Source: a virus. From it: a stretch of 64,000 bases of DNA. The notes under the pieces are model-generated. The model saw only the letters and a program-made list of their open reading frames with translations. It was not told the DNA's origin and did no database searches. Location of the stretch: IMG/VR virus record IMGVR_UViG_3300014203_000017; one strand, given 5' to 3'. The translations under genes were made by a program, and so were the position numbers. Positions 17,296 through 27,099 of this stretch are shown here, in pieces; within the stretch, counting starts at the first letter, position 1; each line of letters opens with the position of its first letter.

Positions 17296-19202
17296 TGAAA
17301 GAATATAATGAAAATAGTATACATACTTTAAATGCGCGCCAATCTGTTCGTGAAAGTATTGGTATGTATATATCAAATGCTGAAACGACAGGCATGCACC
17401 ATTTAGCTGAAGAGATTGTTTGTAACTCTATGGACGAAGCGGCGGCTGGATATGGTAAAGAAGTAAGAGTTGTTGTAAATACTAAGAACAACGAAATTAG
17501 TGTTGTTGATAATGGTCGAGGTGTTCCATTTAGAAAAAACTCAAAAGGTGAATACGCTATTATGGTTGTTTATAACGTGTTGCATGGTGGCGGTAAATTT
17601 GAAGGCGACAGCAATTACAAAAGTTCTATTGGACTTAATGGTTGTGGCGGCTGTGTTACAAATGCTCTTTCAAGTTACATGAAAATAGTCAGTAATAGAA
17701 CTGATGGTCGTTGTGTATTGGAATTTAGAGATGGAAAAACAGAGGGTCCTCAAATTACAGATATAAAACAAGAAAAAACAGGAACTACGGTTACCTTCAT
17801 TCCAGATGAGAAAATTTTCAAAGATTGTAAATGGGAAAAGAATAGACTTTTAACCTCATTACAAATGCACGCTATTTTAAATAACAATATAACTTTTTCT
17901 CTTTATTGGGATAATGAGGAACCTGTTGAGTATTGTTATACAAACGGTATACAAGAGTTTGCTAAATTAAAAATAGGCGACAAAAAGACAATAACTTCAC
18001 CAATTTATTACAAAGCTATTGTTGGAAAAGATACTCCTGAAGAGACTGAGGTTGAAGTTGCTTTGCAGTATATTAATGATGGCGTAGAAAGAATTTATGC
18101 TTTTACTAACGGTGCTTACAATCCAGATTATGGTACTCATGTAACAGGTTTTAAATCAGCTTTTACATCTCTTATCAATAGTAAAAGTAGAGAGTACGGT
18201 GTTCTGACAGATAATGATAAAAATTTTGAGGGTGGTTTAATAAGAAAAGGCTTGTGCTTAGTTTTAAGTATTAAGATGCACGAGCGTCCGCAATTTAACG
18301 AACAAGCTAAATTAAAATTAACAAGCCCTTCTGCAAGAGGTAGTGTGAGCAAAGCAATTAGTGCAATGCCAATAAAACAAGCTGATATAATAGCGATAGC
18401 CAAAAAAGCTTTAATCGAAAAGAAAGCTGATGAGGCGGCTCAACGTAAAAGAGATGCTGAAAAACGTATAATTTCAGGTAGTAAGACAATTAATCGTTTA
18501 CGTGATATGCCTGAAAAATTTGAGCCAGCTTTTAATAAAACAGGTTGTGAGTTGTTCTTAACTGAAGGCGACTCTGCGGCGGGTAGTGCTAAAATGGGTA
18601 GAGACCCACGCACTCAAGCAGTGTTCCCTTTAAGAGGTAAGCCTCTAAATACTTTTGATAAAGATTTAGAAACAATAGTACAAAACAATGAAATTAAAAA
18701 TATCCTTACAATTCTTGGGTGCGGTATTGGTAGTAAATTCAACATTCAAAATTTAAAATATGATAAAATAATTATATTTGCTGATGCTGATGTCGATGGC
18801 GGACATATCAACTGTTTGCTTACTACTTTATTTTTGGTACATTTGCCCGAAATAATTAAACAAGGCAGATTATATTGCGCTTTGCCGCCCCTTTATAGAG
18901 TGAGCAAAGGTGGTAAGTATAAGTATGTATATAGTGAAAAAGAGCTAAAAAAATATGATGGTTGGGAAGTCAATCGTTATAAAGGATTGGGTGAAATGAG
19001 TCCAGAGCAATTATGGGAATCTTCAATGAATCCTGAAACAAGACATTTAGCTCAACTTACTACTACTGATATGGAAAAGACTTTGGAATTGTATCGAACC
19101 TTAATGGGTTCTAAGAGTCAAGGTCGTAGAGAGTTTATCACAGCTCATGCTCGTGAGTACGCCATGGTAAATGATGATAGCGAAGATGCAGAAGTCGAGT
19201 AA
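17295..19202 (+). CDS. gyrB: Type IIA topoisomerase B subunit (GyrB/ParE family)
   Basis: EIVCNSMDE, DNGRG, LHGGGKF, GLNGCG GHKL motifs; TEGDSA, PLRGKPLN, DADVDGGHI Toprim; RYKGLGEM; ATG overlaps upstream TAA. Confidence 0.95.
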   Translation: MKEYNENSIHTLNARQSVRESIGMYISNAETTGMHHLAEEIVCNSMDEAAAGYGKEVRVVVNTKNNEISVVDNGRGVPFRKNSKGEYAIMVVYNVLHGGGKFEGDSNYKSSIGLNGCGGCVTNALSSYMKIVSNRTDGRCVLEFRDGKTEGPQITDIKQEKTGTTVTFIPDEKIFKDCKWEKNRLLTSLQMHAILNNNITFSLYWDNEEPVEYCYTNGIQEFAKLKIGDKKTITSPIYYKAIVGKDTPEETEVEVALQYINDGVERIYAFTNGAYNPDYGTHVTGFKSAFTSLINSKSREYGVLTDNDKNFEGGLIRKGLCLVLSIKMHERPQFNEQAKLKLTSPSARGSVSKAISAMPIKQADIIAIAKKALIEKKADEAAQRKRDAEKRIISGSKTINRLRDMPEKFEPAFNKTGCELFLTEGDSAAGSAKMGRDPRTQAVFPLRGKPLNTFDKDLETIVQNNEIKNILTILGCGIGSKFNIQNLKYDKIIIFADADVDGGHINCLLTTLFLVHLPEIIKQGRLYCALPPLYRVSKGGKYKYVYSEKELKKYDGWEVNRYKGLGEMSPEQLWESSMNPETRHLAQLTTTDMEKTLELYRTLMGSKSQGRREFITAHAREYAMVNDDSEDAEVE

Positions 19203-19341
19203 TACTTATATTTTATACAAAGTACGAACAAAAGAAACTTTATTACAAAGCAATGATTTTACCACTATTATAAAATATGCAAAATCAATAATAGAGAAAA
19301 ACCCAAAAATCTTAATAGATGTAAAGGTAATTTGGAAATAA
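19186..19341 (+). CDS. Small hypothetical protein (51 aa), below ORF-track cutoff
   Basis: ATG at 19186 overlaps the gyrB end and the frame fills the gap exactly up to the gyrA promoter: MQKSSNTYILYKVRTKE...DVKVIWK; RBS weak. Confidence 0.5.
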   Translation: MQKSSNTYILYKVRTKETLLQSNDFTTIIKYAKSIIEKNPKILIDVKVIWK

Positions 19342-19344
19342 AAT

Positions 19345-19373
19345 TTGTCTTTTGTTAAAAAATACGATATAAT
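19345..19373 (+). promoter_or_regulatory. SigmaA-type promoter for gyrA
   Basis: TTGTCT, 17 bp, TATAAT. Confidence 0.75.
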
Positions 19374-19406
19374 ATATATGTAAAAAAATAAAGGAAATAA
19401 TTATAA

Positions 19407-21620
19407 ATGGAAGAAAAAATAATAAAAGATAAAATGGACTCTAAAGCTACTGCCGATTTCATGTTATACGCTTCAGCTGTTATACGTAGTCGTGCAATTC
19501 CTTTGGGGGAAGACGGGCTAAAACCTGTTAATCGTAGAATACTTTACGAAATGGGACGTATGAAAATTTGGAGTAATACGAAAACAGTTAAAAGTGCAAA
19601 AGTAGTTGGCTCAGTAATGGGTTCTTTGCACCCTCATGGAGATGCGTCAATATATAATGCTATGGTTAGACTTAGCCAACCATGGAAAATGAGATATCCT
19701 CTTGTAGAAATTCAAGGTAATAACGGATCCGTTAATGGAGACCCGCCAGCTGCGAGTCGTTATACTGAAACAAGATTGAGTCCTATTGGAGAGCTTATGC
19801 TAAAAGGAATTGACCCTAAGGTTGTGCCTTTTGTTCCTAATTTTGATAATTCTTTATTAGAACCTTCAATATTGCCAAGTAGTTTTCCTAATATTCTATG
19901 TAATGGAAATGATGGAATTGCTGTTGGTATGAGTTGTGGTACCATGCCACATAATTTGTGTGAAATTGTAGACTTATTAAAAGCTCTGATTGATAATGAA
20001 TCGCTTACGATAAAAGATGCGCTGAAATATGTGCATGGACCTGATTTTCCGCTTGGTGGAACTATTATTGATGGTTATAAATTACCTGAAATATATGAAA
20101 ACGGAAAAGGTACAATCACTCTTAGAGCCAATTCTACAATAGATTATAATAAAAAAACCATAACTTTTTCTGGTTTTCCATACTTAGTAGAAATTATGAA
20201 AATAATTAAGTCTATCAAAACAATGGTAATAGAAGATGGCGATGTTGATATTGAAGATGTGCAGAACAATGTCGGGGCAGGTTGTTTGACGGTATTATTA
20301 TCTAAAAAAGCGAACCCAGATTTTGTATTAAAAAAACTTTACAATTCAACCCCTTTACAAAAAACAATTAAAATTAATCAAACAATTATCAATGGACAAG
20401 TTCCAATGACTTTATCGCTATTGGGTTTATGCAGACAATATTTACGTTATCAGCATAAAGTTGTCACTAATATTGCGAAAAAAGAGAAGGCTAAACAAGA
20501 TAAGACCGTTCATATGCAAACAGGTTTGCAACTTGCAACAATGAGAATTGAAGAAGTTGTTAGTATTATTCGTAATAGTGAAAATAAAGAAAGCGCAAAA
20601 ATTGCTCTTATAAAACTCTTAGGTATTGATAGTGCGCAAGCAGATGGTATTCTTGCTTTAAAACTTAGTAGTTTAACAAAACTTGATGTAAATAATATCA
20701 AGTTAAAAATTGCAAAAGCTAAAAAAGAAAGCGAATATCAAGCTACAATTATTGAAAATAAAACTGTGAGAAATAGTTTAATTGCAGATAATTTAACATC
20801 AATGGCTGATAAATATGGAGATCCGCGTCGTACTAAAATAATAATTGGTAGTGAACAGGATAGAGAAAAAGAGAAAAATAAGAAAAATTCATGTATGGAA
20901 GTTGTGTTTGAAAATGGCGAATTTGCTACGGCTCAAGTAGAAAAATTTGCTGACGAGTTCAGTAAAGGTGGTAGCTTCTACAAAACAAAACCTGTATTTT
21001 GGGTTTATAATGATAGTTTTGTTAGTACATTTTTAAATAAAGATGGAACTACTAGTGATATCTATACTAACAAAAGCAATCCATTTAGGTTTTTATGGGA
21101 TAAAAATAAAGACAATATTGTAACAATTTCTCGGAATGGCATTATCAAAAAAACTCAATCATCTTTATATAAGAATATAAAAAAGCTTTGTAAAGTGAAG
21201 GACGGAGATTCAATAATAAAAGCATTTTGTGCTGATGAAAATGAAATATTGCTATTGCTATTGGAAAATGGTAAGGCGACTGAACTTAAAGTAAGTGATA
21301 TAAAAACTAGTGGTAAATTAACAATAGGCAAAAAATATACCACAGTTAAAATAAAAGATGCGATTTTAGGTAAAGTAAATGATACTTATTTTACTTTAAA
21401 TGATAGCGGGCAAGTGAAACAAGGTAATTATAGTGAGCTTTTGCAACACAATAGCGCCGTTACTATTAATGATTGTAATCAAATTGGAACTTGTAAAAAC
21501 AATATGTTTTACAAGACAGCTACAAAAGTTAATGCCATTGATTGGTCTACAATACCAATTAAAAGTAGAACGGCTGTTGGTTCAAAAATTGAGTCAAAAG
21601 TCGTAAAATATGTTGGCTAA
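19407..21620 (+). CDS. gyrA: Type IIA topoisomerase A subunit (GyrA/ParC family)
   Basis: DGLKPVNRRIL, KSAKVVG, HPHGD, catalytic ASRYTE, GPDFPLGG; degenerate pinwheel CTD. Confidence 0.95.
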   Translation: MEEKIIKDKMDSKATADFMLYASAVIRSRAIPLGEDGLKPVNRRILYEMGRMKIWSNTKTVKSAKVVGSVMGSLHPHGDASIYNAMVRLSQPWKMRYPLVEIQGNNGSVNGDPPAASRYTETRLSPIGELMLKGIDPKVVPFVPNFDNSLLEPSILPSSFPNILCNGNDGIAVGMSCGTMPHNLCEIVDLLKALIDNESLTIKDALKYVHGPDFPLGGTIIDGYKLPEIYENGKGTITLRANSTIDYNKKTITFSGFPYLVEIMKIIKSIKTMVIEDGDVDIEDVQNNVGAGCLTVLLSKKANPDFVLKKLYNSTPLQKTIKINQTIINGQVPMTLSLLGLCRQYLRYQHKVVTNIAKKEKAKQDKTVHMQTGLQLATMRIEEVVSIIRNSENKESAKIALIKLLGIDSAQADGILALKLSSLTKLDVNNIKLKIAKAKKESEYQATIIENKTVRNSLIADNLTSMADKYGDPRRTKIIIGSEQDREKEKNKKNSCMEVVFENGEFATAQVEKFADEFSKGGSFYKTKPVFWVYNDSFVSTFLNKDGTTSDIYTNKSNPFRFLWDKNKDNIVTISRNGIIKKTQSSLYKNIKKLCKVKDGDSIIKAFCADENEILLLLLENGKATELKVSDIKTSGKLTIGKKYTTVKIKDAILGKVNDTYFTLNDSGQVKQGNYSELLQHNSAVTINDCNQIGTCKNNMFYKTATKVNAIDWSTIPIKSRTAVGSKIESKVVKYVG

Positions 21621-21623
21621 AAG

Positions 21624-21652
21624 TTGTAGCTGTACAAAAAATTTGATATAAT
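21624..21652 (+). promoter_or_regulatory. SigmaA-type promoter for the wHTH-SSB-replication operon
   Basis: TTGTAG, 17 bp, TG-A-TATAAT followed by ATATATATAGAAAG. Confidence 0.85.
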
Positions 21653-21713
21653 ATATATATAGAAAGTAAGAAAAAAGAATATCTTACTAAATCATGTTAG
21701 GGAGGAAAGAAAC

Positions 21714-22001
21714 ATGGCAGAGAAAGTAGTAGAAGAGAAGAAACCAACAGAAAAGATGTTAACAATCTTGGCTTGTATGAGAGACAATGGCATTAGCGAA
21801 GTATATTTTGCTTCTGATATCGCCGACAAGACAGGAATGGCTGCAAAGTCAGTTTCACCTGTTCTTACAGCTTTAGCTAAAAGAGGCTTAGTTGCTAAGG
21901 GCGAAGGCGAGAAAGAAGTTGCTACCAAAAATGGTGTGGTCAATCGCGTCTACAAAACCTATACTCTTACAGACGCTGGCATTGCAGCTATCGTTGACTA
22001 A
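21714..22001 (+). CDS. Small winged-helix DNA-binding protein (95 aa)
   Basis: ASDIADKTGMAAKSVSPVLTALAKRGLV helix-turn-helix plus wing and YTLTDAG; strong GGGAGG RBS. Confidence 0.8.
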   Translation: MAEKVVEEKKPTEKMLTILACMRDNGISEVYFASDIADKTGMAAKSVSPVLTALAKRGLVAKGEGEKEVATKNGVVNRVYKTYTLTDAGIAAIVD

Positions 22002-22019
22002 GTTTAGGTTTTGAAGTTA

Positions 22020-22070
22020 AAGGTTGAAAGGCGTACCTTAAAAACGCCTTCTTATCTTTGTTTAGATAGG
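22020..22070 (+). promoter_or_regulatory. Candidate H-type RNA pseudoknot / partial terminator in the ssb leader
   Basis: S1 AAGGT (22020-24) / ACCTT (22035-39); S2 AAGGCGT (22028-34) / ACGCCTT (22044-50); extra hairpin 22051-22070. Confidence 0.55.
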
Positions 22071-22118
22071 TTAAAAAAATAAACGTAACAAAAGAAAAGA
22101 AAAGGAAATAAAAAAAAT

Positions 22119-23042
22119 ATGAAAAATGTAGAACAAATTAATCGCTGTTATTTTTGCGGCACATTAGTCGAAGTAAAAAATCAAAAAGAAGTAGTTATAA
22201 AAAATGGTAGAAATGCTGGCAAGAATGCTATTTCAACCACTATAATTATAAAGAGTGTGTTAGGTGGAGAAGACAATCCAACAGAGGTGACGACAGAATT
22301 AAGTTCTTTCGCCATGGAAGAGACAAAAAACGGAAAGCCCAATCCTGCTTATAAACAAATGAAAGATATTTACAACTTGGTTGGTAAAAGAGTCTATACG
22401 ACTGCTTCAATCGAGGATAATAGATTTTATTCTGTCAGAACTAATCAGTTGGTACCGAATAACAGATTTAGATTTAGCTTTATTAATGAAGCAAGAGCCG
22501 ACAAAGCTGATGCAGCGACATTTGAATTCTCTGGTTTTGTAAAGAGACCTATTGAAGAGAAGCTGGACGCTGATAATAATTTAGAAAAATATGTTATTAC
22601 TTTAGCTCAAGCAAATTATAATAAAAATAATTTAATTGTTGCAAAATTTACTATTCCTAAGGATAACAAAAAAGCTGTTGAATATATGGAAAAACAATAT
22701 ACTAAATATCAAACAGTTAGTATTCAAGGAGTATATTCAACGAAAGTCAAAGTTATTCAAAAGACTGATGATAACGATGGTGGCTTTGGAGAACCAATCA
22801 CCAAAACATATAACAACATTGTCAAAGATTTAGTTATAGTACATGGAGCTCCTGTAATTACAGGTGATACAGCGTATACTGAGTCTGATATTGTGACCTT
22901 AGCCAAGGCTTACAACGATAAAGGACAAGAGTTAAAAGAAGCTGGCGAGAATGAGAGTAATGTTCCTGTTAAGGCTCCTGAAGTCGAAGGACATTTAAAA
23001 AACAACGAAAGCAAATTTTCTGGATTAGATGATTTGTTATAG
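22119..23042 (+). CDS. ssb: Phage single-stranded DNA-binding protein (tandem OB-like, acidic tail)
   Basis: KNGKPNPAYK, FEFSGFV, DDGGFGEP and acidic C-terminus GLDDLL; position before AAA ATPase, helicase and primase. Confidence 0.75.
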   Translation: MKNVEQINRCYFCGTLVEVKNQKEVVIKNGRNAGKNAISTTIIIKSVLGGEDNPTEVTTELSSFAMEETKNGKPNPAYKQMKDIYNLVGKRVYTTASIEDNRFYSVRTNQLVPNNRFRFSFINEARADKADAATFEFSGFVKRPIEEKLDADNNLEKYVITLAQANYNKNNLIVAKFTIPKDNKKAVEYMEKQYTKYQTVSIQGVYSTKVKVIQKTDDNDGGFGEPITKTYNNIVKDLVIVHGAPVITGDTAYTESDIVTLAKAYNDKGQELKEAGENESNVPVKAPEVEGHLKNNESKFSGLDDLL

Positions 23043-23054
23043 TAATTAACAGTC

Positions 23055-23090
23055 GTGCATGGTTAACTCCATGCACCTTTGTTAGTTTTT
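23055..23090 (+). terminator. Hairpin after ssb, probable partial terminator
   Basis: GTGCATGG-TTAACT-CCATGCAC then CTTTGTTAGTTTTT. Confidence 0.6.
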
Positions 23091-23121
23091 AAAATAAAGA
23101 AAGGAATTAAAAACAAATACA

Positions 23122-24054
23122 ATGAATTTATTAGATTTAAAACCCACAAAAGTTGACCCAAGTTTAAGAGGCAAAAATTTCTTATTTTATGGAGAGCCTG
23201 GCACTAGAAAGACTACTATCGCATCAAAGTTCCCAAGTCCAGTTTTCATGCAAACTGAAGATGGAACAAAATTTATTGATGGCGTGTATGGCGTTCAAAT
23301 CAAAAATTGGAACGAAGCTCTACAATTTCGTAGAGAATTAAAATCAGAAGAAGTCAAAAAAAAGTATTCCACTGTAGTTTTTGACCGTATAGATACGTTA
23401 TATAGTTATTGTTATGATTATGTATTAAATAAATTGGATATTGAAAGTCCACAAGATTTAGGCTTTGGACAAGCTTGGACAGCAATAAAGAAAGAGTGGG
23501 AAAAATTTATTGGTTCAATAGAAGCCGAAGGATATGGTTTGGTATTTATCTGTCATGATAAACCATTGTTAGACAATAAAATGGTGCAAATTGGTACTAA
23601 AATACGTCTTGAAAATGTTGCGGCTAGTGTTATTAGAGGATTGACAGACTTTATATTCAATGTCGTTAAGGAAGATGGCACAGTATATGCCTACTCTGAT
23701 CGCCCCAATGTAGAAACAAAAAGTAGGGCGCCGTACTTAGTCAAAAAATTTGAATTTACATTTGAAAATCTTACAAAAGAATTGGCGAATGCGGTTGAAA
23801 AAGAACGAAAAATTGATGGCATAACTTTAGAAGTAAAAAAGAAAATACTTGTAGAGAAACGTCCATTTGAAGATATACGGAACAGTGTTATGGAAAAGGT
23901 AAAAAATTTAATGGCTACAAAAAGTCCATATTCGGAAGATGTTGGTTCATTAATTCATAATAAAATTCCAGATTACAAAATTTCAGAAGCACCTGCAATT
24001 TATTACAGTCAAATGCTTTTGATAGAAACATATTTATTATCATTAGAAAGTTAA
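23122..24054 (+). CDS. AAA ATPase (AAA_24 / Sak4-like recombination protein)
   Basis: FLFYGEPGTRKTT Walker A, TVVFDRID, GFGQAW, LVFICHD. Confidence 0.8.
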   Translation: MNLLDLKPTKVDPSLRGKNFLFYGEPGTRKTTIASKFPSPVFMQTEDGTKFIDGVYGVQIKNWNEALQFRRELKSEEVKKKYSTVVFDRIDTLYSYCYDYVLNKLDIESPQDLGFGQAWTAIKKEWEKFIGSIEAEGYGLVFICHDKPLLDNKMVQIGTKIRLENVAASVIRGLTDFIFNVVKEDGTVYAYSDRPNVETKSRAPYLVKKFEFTFENLTKELANAVEKERKIDGITLEVKKKILVEKRPFEDIRNSVMEKVKNLMATKSPYSEDVGSLIHNKIPDYKISEAPAIYYSQMLLIETYLLSLES

Positions 24055-24071
24055 CATAGAAAGGAGTCAAT

Positions 24072-24458
24072 ATGTTTTCTCGATTAGACTTAGAAGAAAA
24101 AATAAAAGAATATTTCAAAATAGAAGAAATGACTCCTTTAATTAATCATCAAATAGATAAATTTATACGCACAGATGGCATGGATTATAAGGATATAGCC
24201 CGTGCTCTGGCGTATTTTTGCGTCATAAAAGGACAGAGCCCAGAAAGAGAAATGGGAATAGCAATAGTTCCATATATAAAAGATGATGCAACTCTTTATT
24301 TCGACAATTTAAAGAAAAGAATAGAAAGACAGAAGAAAGAAGTTGCCGAAAGACAGAAAAAAGCGATGCCAGATAATGTTATAGTATGTAATAGCATTAA
24401 AAAGAAAAGAAAAATCAAAAGTAGTATAGATTTGTCTAAAATAGGGGAGGAAGAATAA
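24072..24458 (+). CDS. Hypothetical protein, possible helicase loader
   Basis: ARALAYF..IKG...GIAIVPY motif; stop overlaps the helicase start. Confidence 0.55.
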   Translation: MFSRLDLEEKIKEYFKIEEMTPLINHQIDKFIRTDGMDYKDIARALAYFCVIKGQSPEREMGIAIVPYIKDDATLYFDNLKKRIERQKKEVAERQKKAMPDNVIVCNSIKKKRKIKSSIDLSKIGEEE

Positions 24459-26011
24459 TGAATAAAAAATTGTTTGATTCTAATGCTTCAATGTACTTAT
24501 TAAGTCACATTATGCACAACCCCTCAATTTTACGTAATACAAAATATTTGTTGAATGTTAATGATTTTACTAAAAGAGTATATAAGTTAGTGTTCGGTGT
24601 TATGCACAATTTAGCTATGGAGGGAGCCAGTCAAATTCATGCTCAAGATGTAGATTTATATATAGCACAATATCAAACACAATATGCACAATATTGTGAA
24701 GATGATGGTTTAAAATTTTTAAATCAGTTAGAGCAACTTGAAATTAGTGATGATGAAGCGCAATTTACGACTCGTTACAAAAGAGTTAAGAAATTTACGG
24801 TTCTAAGAGAGTTGGAACGTAATGGCGTTGACACAACTGATTTATACAATCCTAATGTAGATTTTTCTTTAATGAAGAACGAAGATGAAAAGTTAGATAA
24901 TATGACTTTAGACGAACTTATAGATAAAGAAAGATTGAAATTAGCAAAAATTGAAAAGAACAATATAAATAAAGAAGATGAATATTTTCAACCCGCGGCA
25001 CAGGGGCTTAGAGAATTAGTCAAAAATTTACGAGCCAACCCAGACATAGGAGCTTCTTTGGAAGGGGATATGTTTAATAGCATTGCTAAAGGTGCTAGAC
25101 GAGGCAAAATGTATTTGTTGAGTGCGCCACAATCACATGGTAAAACTCGTATGATGATTGCTAATGCCTGTAGACTTTCTATGCCAAGAATTGTCGACGG
25201 TAATGTTGTTATAAACGGTCCTTTACAAAAAGTTATGTATATTGCCACAGAACAATTACCCGAGGAAATACAAACAATGATATTAGCTTATGTAAGTGGA
25301 GTAAATGAAGAAAAAATTATTTATGGTCAAGGCATTACTAGTGCGGAAGAAAAATTACTAGAACAAGCTACCGAAATAATTGAAAAATATAGTAACAATC
25401 TTTATATTGATATGTTGAGTAGTCCTACAATACCACAATTAAAATCAAGAATATTAGAACAGGTATTAGACAAAAATTTAGATGCAGTTTTTTACGATTA
25501 TATTTTCATACCTAGTGAAGATGGTAACAACAATAGAAATTTTAGAAATGACCAACTATTAATGCTTATGGGCGCGGCTCTTAAAGATATTGCGGCGGCT
25601 TATGATATATTTATGTTTACCGCCACACAGGTTAGTGGACAATGGGAAGGCGCTAAAGTTAGAAATCAAAATATGATACGAGATGCAAAATCTTTGGCTG
25701 ATAAACCTGATATTTGTTACATAACTGTTCAAGTTAGTGATGAAGAATATAGTAGAGTTGAGCCATATTTTAAAGATATGGGGTTGATGAGACCAAATAT
25801 AGTTTCAGATATTTATAAAAATAGGCGTGGTAGCATAACAAATGTCAAAATATGGTCTTATTTTGATTATGGAACTTGCCGAATGAAAGATTTATTAGTT
25901 ACAACTCAAAGTTATAAAATGATAGATAATGTACCTGTTATTGCTTACAAAGAATCTAAAGTTGTAGATTTATTAGATTTCTTGACTCGCCCTAAGGGAG
26001 AAGTAAAATGA
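24458..26011 (+). CDS. dnaB: DnaB-like replicative helicase
   Basis: SAPQSHGKTR, YIATEQ, VFYDYI, FTATQV, DAKSLADKPD, IYKNRRG. Confidence 0.9.
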   Translation: MNKKLFDSNASMYLLSHIMHNPSILRNTKYLLNVNDFTKRVYKLVFGVMHNLAMEGASQIHAQDVDLYIAQYQTQYAQYCEDDGLKFLNQLEQLEISDDEAQFTTRYKRVKKFTVLRELERNGVDTTDLYNPNVDFSLMKNEDEKLDNMTLDELIDKERLKLAKIEKNNINKEDEYFQPAAQGLRELVKNLRANPDIGASLEGDMFNSIAKGARRGKMYLLSAPQSHGKTRMMIANACRLSMPRIVDGNVVINGPLQKVMYIATEQLPEEIQTMILAYVSGVNEEKIIYGQGITSAEEKLLEQATEIIEKYSNNLYIDMLSSPTIPQLKSRILEQVLDKNLDAVFYDYIFIPSEDGNNNRNFRNDQLLMLMGAALKDIAAAYDIFMFTATQVSGQWEGAKVRNQNMIRDAKSLADKPDICYITVQVSDEEYSRVEPYFKDMGLMRPNIVSDIYKNRRGSITNVKIWSYFDYGTCRMKDLLVTTQSYKMIDNVPVIAYKESKVVDLLDFLTRPKGEVK

Positions 26012-27078
26012 TAACATTTAAAGAATTAAGAGAACAATTAACACCAGAAGATATAAAACATTTATTAAGAGATTATAATGTAGAACCATATAGAGAAACA
26101 AAAAATTATATTGTTTATAGAACCTGTTGCCATAATTTAACAGGTGGTAGCCATAAATTATATTACTACAAAAAGAATTTTATGTTTAAATGTTATACAA
26201 GTTGCGGAACAACATTCGATATATTTGAATTAATTATTAAAATGGAAAAATTGCGCGGGCGTACAATAGGTAAAGTCGAAGCTATTCAACGTTGTGGCAT
26301 AAAAGTAAATAGTACACAGAAAAGAGAGCTTGCTAATGATAATGTGCTCGAAGATATAGCACATTTATACGAAATTAATAATACCAAATGTGTGGCAGAA
26401 GATAAAGAATTGGTAATCATCGACCCATCGATATTGGACCAACGTTACGAATTTAACCCAGATGGATTGAGAATTTGGATAAAAGAGGGCATTGACTTAA
26501 ATACGATGCTAAAATTTAATATAATGTATGACTCAATAAATAATAAAATTATAATTCCACACTATGATAAAGATGGTAATTTAATTGGAATTATAGGTAG
26601 AGATATGAATGAGGAATTTACTGCAAAATATCAACCTGTTATAATCAATGGAAAATCTTACAATTTCCCCAAAAGTAAAACATTATATGGATATTACTTA
26701 AATAAAAATGCTATGCAATTAACTCATACTTGTGTAATATTTGAAGCCGAAAAAAGCGTTATGAAAATGGACGCTATATATAATAACAACAATATGTCCG
26801 TTGCTGTTAGTGGGCAAGCTATTAGTGATGAACAAATTTGGTTATTAATGGCGGCTGAGGTGAGAACTGTTGTCCTTGCCTTCGATGCAGATTATAAAAC
26901 TGATGAAGAATATCAAGAGGTTTTGCAAAAGTATAAGAAGATTGTTAAACCTATGAAAAACTATTTTGATGTTAGTATAATAATGGATAAAAATCATTTG
27001 TTGGGTTACAAAGACTCTCCAATTGATAAGGGTGGTAAAATATTTACTGAACTTATGAAAAATCGTATTTATGTATAA
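26008..27078 (+). CDS. dnaG: DNA primase
   Basis: CHN...FKCYTSC Zn domain, IIIPHYD..G..IGR, Toprim IFEAEKS and LAFDAD. Confidence 0.9.
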   Translation: MITFKELREQLTPEDIKHLLRDYNVEPYRETKNYIVYRTCCHNLTGGSHKLYYYKKNFMFKCYTSCGTTFDIFELIIKMEKLRGRTIGKVEAIQRCGIKVNSTQKRELANDNVLEDIAHLYEINNTKCVAEDKELVIIDPSILDQRYEFNPDGLRIWIKEGIDLNTMLKFNIMYDSINNKIIIPHYDKDGNLIGIIGRDMNEEFTAKYQPVIINGKSYNFPKSKTLYGYYLNKNAMQLTHTCVIFEAEKSVMKMDAIYNNNNMSVAVSGQAISDEQIWLLMAAEVRTVVLAFDADYKTDEEYQEVLQKYKKIVKPMKNYFDVSIIMDKNHLLGYKDSPIDKGGKIFTELMKNRIYV

Positions 27079-27099
27079 AGAAAGAAAGAAGGAAATAAA

